From positions 1-44,485 of the forward strand of contig CAYGRZ010000006.1 in the NCBI GenBank assembly GCA_964352425.1: a stretch of DNA of 44,485 bases, given 5' to 3'. A program made the position numbers and the translations under genes. Shown piece after piece: positions 19,701 to 28,700 of this stretch (position 1 is the stretch's first letter; every line of letters begins with the position of its first letter). The notes under the pieces were generated by a model. It was not told the DNA's origin and did no database searches. It worked only from the letters and a program-made list of their open reading frames with translations. The stretch comes from an uncultured Planctomycetia bacterium. GTDB lineage: Bacteria; Omnitrophota; Gorgyraeia; 2-01-FULL-45-10.

Positions 19701-22700
19701 CCTGGAAACAGGAGGCTGAGTCAGCCCAAGAGGCAGCCCGCAAGCTGAAAGGATACAATGCCCGGTTCGCCCAGTATCTCGGTTACAGGCGTATTTATGC
19801 CGCCCCGGACGGCAAAGGCGGTTTTAACAGCACGAACGAGCTTGCATTAGATTCGGGTTACCGAAAATTTTCCGAACCGGTGCTCATATTCAAGCGGGTA
19901 GCATCTCCCCATCGTATTATGAAGATAGCGCAATTACTCGAGGCGGACCCGGGGCTGAAGCGGCTTACGGGAAATATCTCACGCTCCCTTGCCGGCTATG
20001 GCCATCTGCCCGAGGGAACAGTCTTGTCCCCCGACGAGATGATTGTGATGGCCATGCGGGAATTCGGCCGCGAAGAAGCTATCAAGCAAAACCTCAGGAT
20101 GCGCAAATACACGTTACACTCGCAGGACCTTACGTTTGCCGGTGAAGAAGCGGACAATGAGGAATTCTGCAACCTTTCCAGCTATCACGCCTATTTAATG
20201 AGTAGAGGCCTCGTATCCCATAACCTTGATCCGCTCACCATAGGTAACGAATTATACTTACCTATAGAAGTACATGGCCTGCAGGAAAAGCTTGTTACAC
20301 TTATTGAGATGGTGACGGCGGCGCGTTGCTCAGGCTCTCATGATAATGAAAAGGACCTTTTCCCCGAGCCTCTTGAGGCGCTGAAAGCCATGTTCCAGGG
20401 ATACTTCAGAGGTCTGGACGACACGTTTCTGGATTCCTGGACAGTCGAGAATCACAGCGTAGATAGCGAGTATTGGCCTGTGAAGGTCGTGACCGCCGAC
20501 AAGAGGATCGACATCCTTCATCCTAAATACAACGGCATTTCTGCCGCGACAGATCTCAAGCCGTTCGACCAGGCAGCTGCCGACGAGATAGAAGGCATGA
20601 TACAGGCATGGGCAGATGAGGAAGCTGCGAGAAGAAACGCGGGAGCATCGGCATCGGTGGATGGCGGCATGGCCGCGCCGCAAAAAGTCGTGACAGAGAG
20701 CGTCTTCGGGCTGGGGGATTTTGATCCGGAGCATCCGCTGGTGAAGGCGGGACGCATCGCCGGAACGAATGATTACAGGAATATCGGCGGGGTCGATCTC
20801 GTCGAATATGCGAAGAAAATGCGACTGGAGAAGGGTATAAAGAGGATCTATTTCGATCTCGACCTTACCGTATTCCGATCGAAGGGGTATCTGTCCTCAA
20901 GTAAATGGTTCGAGGACGTGTCGCGGGAATACGGCGCGGAACAGGCATTCAAGTGGTGGGGTACTATGGGCCATGAATCGCGGCAGATCAAGAACGGGTT
21001 CTTCTACCGCATTATGGACCCGGCGATACCCGATATGATCCGAGAGCTTCAGAAGGCCGGTTTTGAAGTCGTCGGCCTGACGGCTCGCAATTTCGATAAG
21101 GACGAGTTCCGTACGAAGGATATCCTGAACAAACTCGACGTCTGGCTGAACGATGTCATCTATGCGTCCGGCGCGCCGAAGAAGGGCGAGGTCCTGGATT
21201 CCTACGAAACGAAAAAGGATGGAGAACCGGGAAAAGTTGCGTCGCTCTTTGTAGAGGATTCGTTCAAAAATCTCGAGATGGTGCTCGCGGACAGGGATCA
21301 CATGTACGGCATCCACTATAAAGGGCTCGCGGCAAACGATGAAGACGGGTGGGACTATACGACATATATGGCAAAGGCTGAAGAGGCTCAGGCGAAGGGG
21401 AATACGGGCCATGCGTTTGAATATTATTTCAATGCCGTAGTAAAGATCCTGGAGTTAAAGGGGATCTCGCGCGAAACCGCGTATAAGGAACTCGATAAGA
21501 TCTATCAGAAACTGCGCCTGATGAAAGACGCCAAGCCGGCAGGCTATGACCGCCTCTTTCAGATCGCCGAGATCGCACGTGACGGCAGGTCGTACCTGTT
21601 TCACGACGCCCAGGCCAGGGTTTTGCGTCCTTCTGTATCGGGCGGGGCAGCGCGTACCAGGCCTATAGCCGTGACTGCGGAGGTCGAATCAGGATCGCGC
21701 ACGGTCAAGCTGCGCATCAAGTATACGCCGGTCCTCAAGCCGGACTCAAAGCTATGGCATAGATGGACGACAAAGACGCCAGGCCCCGTCACATATACGC
21801 AGGAGGTCGGATTACTGCCGACATTCACGGGAGTTTCAGGAAATAGTAATGCGCTGGCGATGGAATTTTTCCGGCAACTCATCATAACCGGTATCTTGTG
21901 GAAACGCTCGATACGGGAAGACCTGTTCTTCGCGATAGACGGCAATTACGTCAGGGCCTATACGGGTAAGGCGGCAGCGCACAACATACCGCTCAGCCTT
22001 AAGGCCCAGAAGATCGTCGATAAGCTCGTCCGGAAGACGCCCGAGAGGAATGCCGAGACATACGTTTCCGCGGACGTGACCGGGACCGGAAGGAAGCTCG
22101 TCATCCGCGGAGCCATCGAGGAGAAAGAGGCCGGCAGCCTGGCCAGGGATCTGATGCGGTACCGCCACGCGGAGCTGGAGAAGCTCGGCAATATCGAGGT
22201 GATATTCGCCCGCGGTGATATTTCCGTCGAAAGCGATGTCAAGGACGAGAGGGCCGCTGCAGATGTCCTGGATTTCATAGAAGGATTCTATGAAATCATC
22301 GCCATCTCCGACATCCATGCGGCGGCAAAAGGCCCGGAAGATAATTTCGGCTCCGGGAAGGAAGAGGAGTTGATACGGCTCATAGACCGCGCGGCCGCAC
22401 GACGCTCTCTCATCGTCATAAACGGCGACTTCCTCGAGCTCTGGCAGGAAAAGTACGGCAATATCCGTCGCAAGTACCAGCGCCTTTTTGAGGCGCTACG
22501 GAATGCACGGCGCGTCATATATGTAGCCGGTAACCATGATGCCGCGGTCCTCAAGAGCGCTCATGACGCTGAGCGCGGCAATGCCATGCGGCTTGCGGAA
22601 GAACACAGGATAAACGACGACGATCTCAACGGGGAGCTCAAGGAGCTTCTCAGTCGCCCCGAGGTCAAAGCGGCCTCAGACGACCTTATCAGCCAGAGAT

Positions 22701-25700
22701 TCGGCTTTGCGCTCAGCGAAGATTTCTCCGAAAACGGTATCGTGGTCTCCGGTAAAACATATTATATCGACAGGAAGATACTGGGCCTGAAAAAGGAGCT
22801 TGGGGAAGACCTGGCCGCTTTCATACTGAATAAATCGTTCATGGACATCCAGCAGAACCTCAGCGCCATGATCCCGGTGGACCTGGGACAGAAGGATGAT
22901 AATAACCTCATGAGCGTTGAGATCGTCCCGTACTATCACGACCGTTTCCGGGGGCTCTTCTTTGAGCACGGACACATCCCCGATCCGTTCAATTACCAGA
23001 GTATAGTCGGACGATGCATCGCATGGGCTGTGGGAAAATTTGAAAAGATGGGGTGGAATAATGCTGGGGGCAAGCTCTCAATTGCGCTCGACAAGGTATC
23101 CGCCGTCTTCTCGCTGATCTTCCCCGGCATAGCCACAGGGCCGGTAAAAGCGTATGCCGAGCGCGTCCTGGCGCTGGGAGCGATATTGCGGACGATAGCT
23201 CAAGACCCCGACGGGCGATTGACGATATTCTTCGGCCACACGCACCACGCGGTCGATATCGGTAAAGGGCCTCTTAATACGTTCTCGCTCGCGTTCAATA
23301 ATGCGCAGTACGCGAATACGGGCACCTGGTCGTCGGCGGAGGAAGTACGCAAGCGCCAGACGGTTGCCGAGCGCTGGAAGAAGTCTATCGCGCGGCCCGC
23401 AATGACTGCGCAGGCCGAGCGCCCGCCCGTCTCTGATGCCGACTTCAGCCGGAACAAGAACTGGTACGACATCGACGCGCACGGCACGATAACGCTGCGG
23501 AACGGGTTCCGGGCCATTGAAGAGCATGATTCGGGCCTTGCCGATAAATTGGAGGTGATCGCGGCGCCGCCTGCGCAGGACGAAAAGAGCGGCGTTACGC
23601 GACGGGACTTCCTGAAGGGAACCCTACTGGCGGCGACAGCGCTTGCGATAGGCCTCCCGTCACGAAAGGCGCTGGCGGACGTGCAGGGCGTCCCAAATTC
23701 GCCGAGCATCGTGACGGCCCAGGCGGGTGACAGGCGCCTCTTCATGCGCGACCGGCTGCCGGACGGAAGCCTGACAGACACGTACGGCTTCGTGGCGCGC
23801 GGGGTGAACTGGTCGCCGGCATCGATAGGCATCGATCCTGACTCGAACCCGACAGGATACAGGCAGGAATTCTACAATTGGTATTTGACCGACATCCCAA
23901 AGATGGCTGAGATGGGCGTCAATGTCGTGCGCGTCTATCACGACTTCGGCACCGGTTCCGAAGCGATCGCCATCCTCGATGAATTATATAAACACGGTAT
24001 AAAGGTCATCATGCCGGTCGACTCGCCATATCACGGCAATGTCGCCAACCTAAGCAATGTGAGCGCGGTAGTCAACGCCTATAAAAATCATCCCGCGATC
24101 CTCATGTGGGCTGTCGGCAACGAATGGGACCTGAATTATTATTACGGCACATATACCACGCTGACGGATGCCGCCGCCTTCACCGAAAGCGCTGCCCAGC
24201 TCATAAAGTCGCTCGACGCGAACCATCCGGTTGCAACGCTCATCGGCGACCCTCACATCCCTAAATACAGCGATACTGCGCCGTACCATCCCTTGAGCCA
24301 GGAGGCTTTCCCGTTCCTTGTCGGGCCGTATACGAAAGATATCGTCAATACCATGGCGCCGAGCATCGACGTCTGGGGCCTCAATATCTACCGCAATTCG
24401 AGTTTCACGGACGTCTTCCAGCAGTGGAAGTCGATATCGAACAAGCCGATGTTCATAGGCGAGTTCGGATGCGATGCGTATGACCACCGAGTCACGTCAG
24501 AAAATCAGGCCATGCAGGACGCGATGGACAAAGGGCTTTGGGACGAGGCCTTCTTCGACCTTTCGGCCCTGCGCACCGAAGGCGCCGCTATAGGGGCGCT
24601 GAGGTTCACCTGGAACGACGAGTGGTGGAAGAACGGCACGCCGTCCGCACACTCGATCACTGCAGAGACCAACAGCGGCCAGCCCGACGGATACAATGAC
24701 GAGGAGTGGTTCGGCGTCGTCGATATAAACCGCAACCCGAGGAGCGTCTTCACCTCGATGCAGGACCGCTACCTGATGAAGGCATCGTCGAACGTCGAGA
24801 CGGATGGCCAACCGCTATTGACGGCAGCGTCGCAGCAGGGCGGCTCATGGGTCAAATTCAACATCGGCGCCAAAACGGTTTTTTCGCGCGACGGCGGAAG
24901 CGGCCAGGGTGCACGCGGTGTCAACGTGGCCGTCCTAGACGACTCGACCGGCATCAGGATGAGGGAAGTGCGCTCATTCGATACGTGGAATCCCTACGGC
25001 GGCCCCCACACGCATTTCCAGGCCCTGATCGATTACCTGAACAGCCTCCCGAACGGCGCCGTCATATCGATCGCGATAGGCGACGAGGGCGGATTCGTGA
25101 ATGCGAGCAATCAGCCGTGGAACGAACCGGTCGTTGAGAGCGCATACCAGGCACTCGAAGCGCTCGGCAGCACCATGATACGCAGCGTCGGATACGGCGG
25201 CGGATGGGCGATGATCGCGATAAAGGGCCAGGGAAAGCTCGCAGAAAATTATTCCGCTTCTCATGTGCCGGTCAGCGTCCAGGCGCAACCATCACTTACA
25301 CTCGCTCCTGACCAGGGCAAACGCGACCTGCCGTATCCGCCGGCGAGGATATTGCAAACGCCGTCTCCCCGGAACGGATATGAACTCAGATTTGAAAGCC
25401 GCGACTGGTTTGTATATGAAGTCCAATACACCAGCGACCTGAAAGGAACGTGGCAGACAGCCCAGACCGGCATAGTCGCCTCCGGCACTGTAACGAGCTG
25501 GAATGACCCCGGCCCGACCTATCCCGACACACGCTTCTACAAAGTAATGACTGTAGGCAGTTCGTTTGATCTTCTCGCCGCAAGGTCCGGCGGCCAGCGC
25601 GAAAAATATCTTGCGAAAAGAGGAGCTCCAGGAACGCTTGCTCTCGGGGCAGCGGCGATATCAGCGATATCCGGCGCATCTTCAGAAAATGATGATGCGC

Positions 25701-28700
25701 GCTTGAATGGACGCGGCGACACCGGCCAGGCCGAGGTCTGTCGAAAAATAGCGCACGATGCGAGAGGATTTATCGAGAAGAATAAGCAGGCGTTCTGGGA
25801 CAGGGGATTGAGAATAACCTCATGCGAAAGACATGCCTACGAAGTAAAAAGGCGCCTGGCCGAGAAAGGCATCGGCGCGACGGTGATGCATGGGGTGCGG
25901 GGCGACGAGCATCACGTGTGGGTCCTGACCGATGACGGCTATATTATAGATGCGTATCCCAGAGATAACGGCGCGCCAAGGGTATTCAAGGCGGGGTCTA
26001 TCGACACCGACGAATATAAAGGGAAGGACATCATTAGCGTCGAGTGGGCCCCTCGGGAGATCGACAGGTGGAACGCAGCCGCGGAACGCCTGGCATCTGC
26101 TTCAGCAGGCAGGACGGCTCCGAAAGATGAACTCACATTATTTATGTCCGTTATAGAACTATATGCCCCGGCCGGCCAGCCGCCGGCAGGTTCCGCGGAA
26201 GAAGGGCTGCTCAGGCTCGATCTCGACCAGATGAGGGGGCTGCTCAAGCGGCCGAAGCTTACGTGGGAAGGCCTGAGATCGCTGAAGAGCCGGGCTAACC
26301 GGATGTGGCGCGACCTCGGTTCGCAGCTGCGGCTTTCTACCGATAATATTTTGCATACCGCATCCATAGTTTTCAATGACGATATAAACGCCGGATTCAG
26401 GGAATTCGCCGCCGTCTGCAGGGCAGGTATCGCTTCCTGCAGAAAAGATATAGAAAATGGCAGGTTCGACAGGCCCAGGATAGTTGCTATGCTCGAAGAT
26501 ATACGAAAAGCGCATACAAGACTTTATCTCAACCATCGCAATCAGGGCCCTGCCAACGAACCTTCTCTCGATGCCATTACAGGATTATTCTCTATTTCAT
26601 CTTTTCCGGGACTCGACAAAGCTGATAAGGTTATAGCGCTAAGCGCCATAACCGAATCGGAAAAGTCGCTCGCAGAACTTGAGCGCCTTGCCGACGCGGG
26701 CATGTTCGCGGATTCATGGGATGCGCGTGTAACAAGCGGGGTTTACGACTCTTCGCGCGTACTCGGCGCACAACCTGGCGCGGCGTCCTCAAAATCGACG
26801 CGGCGAGCCTACGAGTACCCGCGCTCGGGCGAGGGCGACGGCCCGGGGATGTTGGACGACATGGCCGAGGCTTCCGTTGAGACGGGCATGTCGTTCGATG
26901 GGCGGAAGAGGGCGGTAACAAAATATATTATGGAGAACGATGAGTCGATGTCGGCGCCTACCGCCGGCCTTAAAGGCGTACTCAAGAAGTACAGCATAAA
27001 GATCGTCCCGGCCAAACGGGGTAAGGGCGGATTGCGCGAACTTGCTGATGCTCTTGCGAAAGACGGGACGCGCCCTCAAAAGAAATTCGTGCCGGAAAAG
27101 ACGGTTGCGCAGGTCAAAGCCGATGCTGCAAAGGTCATTGGCATGGCGCGGGAAGAGATCAACAGATTAAGGACAGAGGCCGGGCTCGCCATGAGCCGGG
27201 AACGATTCGCGGATGCGGCAGCCCTGAATGAAAAGATCGTAGCAGTGACAAAAGAGGCTATTGACCACGCGGATGAACCATCGCTCAAGGACAGGCTGCA
27301 GAAGATGGCAGATTTCCATATCGAAAAAGCTGAAAATGCCAGGCAACTGCAGGTTGCCAAGGATAAGAGGTTGCAGGACAAGCTGAGGAGCGAACAGAAA
27401 GAGGCGTATCAGGAAGCCGAGAGACAAAAGGCGCTTAAGGATGAGGCGGAGAGGGGCCGGCAGGCGAAAGAATGGCAGGAATCACGCCCCGCTCAGGAGC
27501 GGCTGCTCGTAACCAGGAAAACCGAGGTGATCGCGCTTTTCGAAGAAGCCGAATCGCGGTTAAATAGCCTGGACTTCGAAGATTTCCCGGGAATAAATAA
27601 TATACGCGATATACGCGAAGCCGCTTCCGCGATAAAGGCGTTTAAAGAGTTCGGCGAGAAATTTGGGGACGACGCAGTGCTGACGGCCGGCTTCGAAGAG
27701 CTCGAGTCAGTAATACGATCAATAGAGGAGTTATACGCAGAATGGCGTCGGGAGCAGGATGAGCTTATTACCGTCGTGACGATGGACCCGAACGAGCTTC
27801 TCGCGAGGATCGGGTCCGCCAGAGCGAAACTGGCGAAGGGCGAGGCGCTCAAGCCTGAAGAGAGGCTCAAGAGCCTCGAGGACTCTTTCCAGGCAGTAAA
27901 GGCATCTCTGATGGGATCGCTGGAAAAGAGGGAGACATTCACTGATGAGGACGCGAAGGCGATCGACCTGCTTAAACAGATCCAGAAAGAGCTCGCCGCC
28001 GTTTCGGCAGCGGGGAACAGGCGCTTCGGCGGACCGAGCGGCGGGGAGGACTTGAGCTGGCTGTATCCAAAGGCCGCGCCATTCATCACGCCGGACATGG
28101 CCGCGGCAGACCTCCTGCAGGCCCTGCCGGCCGATATCCTGGCGCTCATGCCGGATAATAAGAAGGCGGCGTGGGCGGATCAGATCATCGGGATGCGCGC
28201 GCGGAGAGCTTCCGAAGCTCTCCGGGAAAGGAACGCCGCGCAGACTACTGCCCCGCGGCCGGCAAAAGCGAGAAAGATTACCGCGAGGGAAAATAAGCGC
28301 AGTGAAGCGCGGCATATAACAAAACATTTTGTAAAAGGGCAAAAACTTTACAGGCAGGGACGGACCGCCGAGGCGATCGACGAGTTTGAGACAGTATTCT
28401 CGCTCGCTCCGCAAAATATATGGACTCTCCTCTACCTGGTCCCCGCACTGATCGATGCCGATCGGTTCGATGACGCGCTCATGTATGCCGAAGCGGGCCT
28501 GCATATCCCGGACAGGAGCACACACGGCGCCGGTATGAATAAACCTGAATTTAAGGCGGGCCTCCTCTGCTTTGAGACGCATTGCTACATTCATAAAGGC
28601 GAGTTCAGCAAGGCGATCGAGGCCTGCCGCATGGCATGGAAATTCGACCCGCAGAATGTTGACGTAAGGCGCCACCTTGCGGAGGTGTACCTTGATCAAT

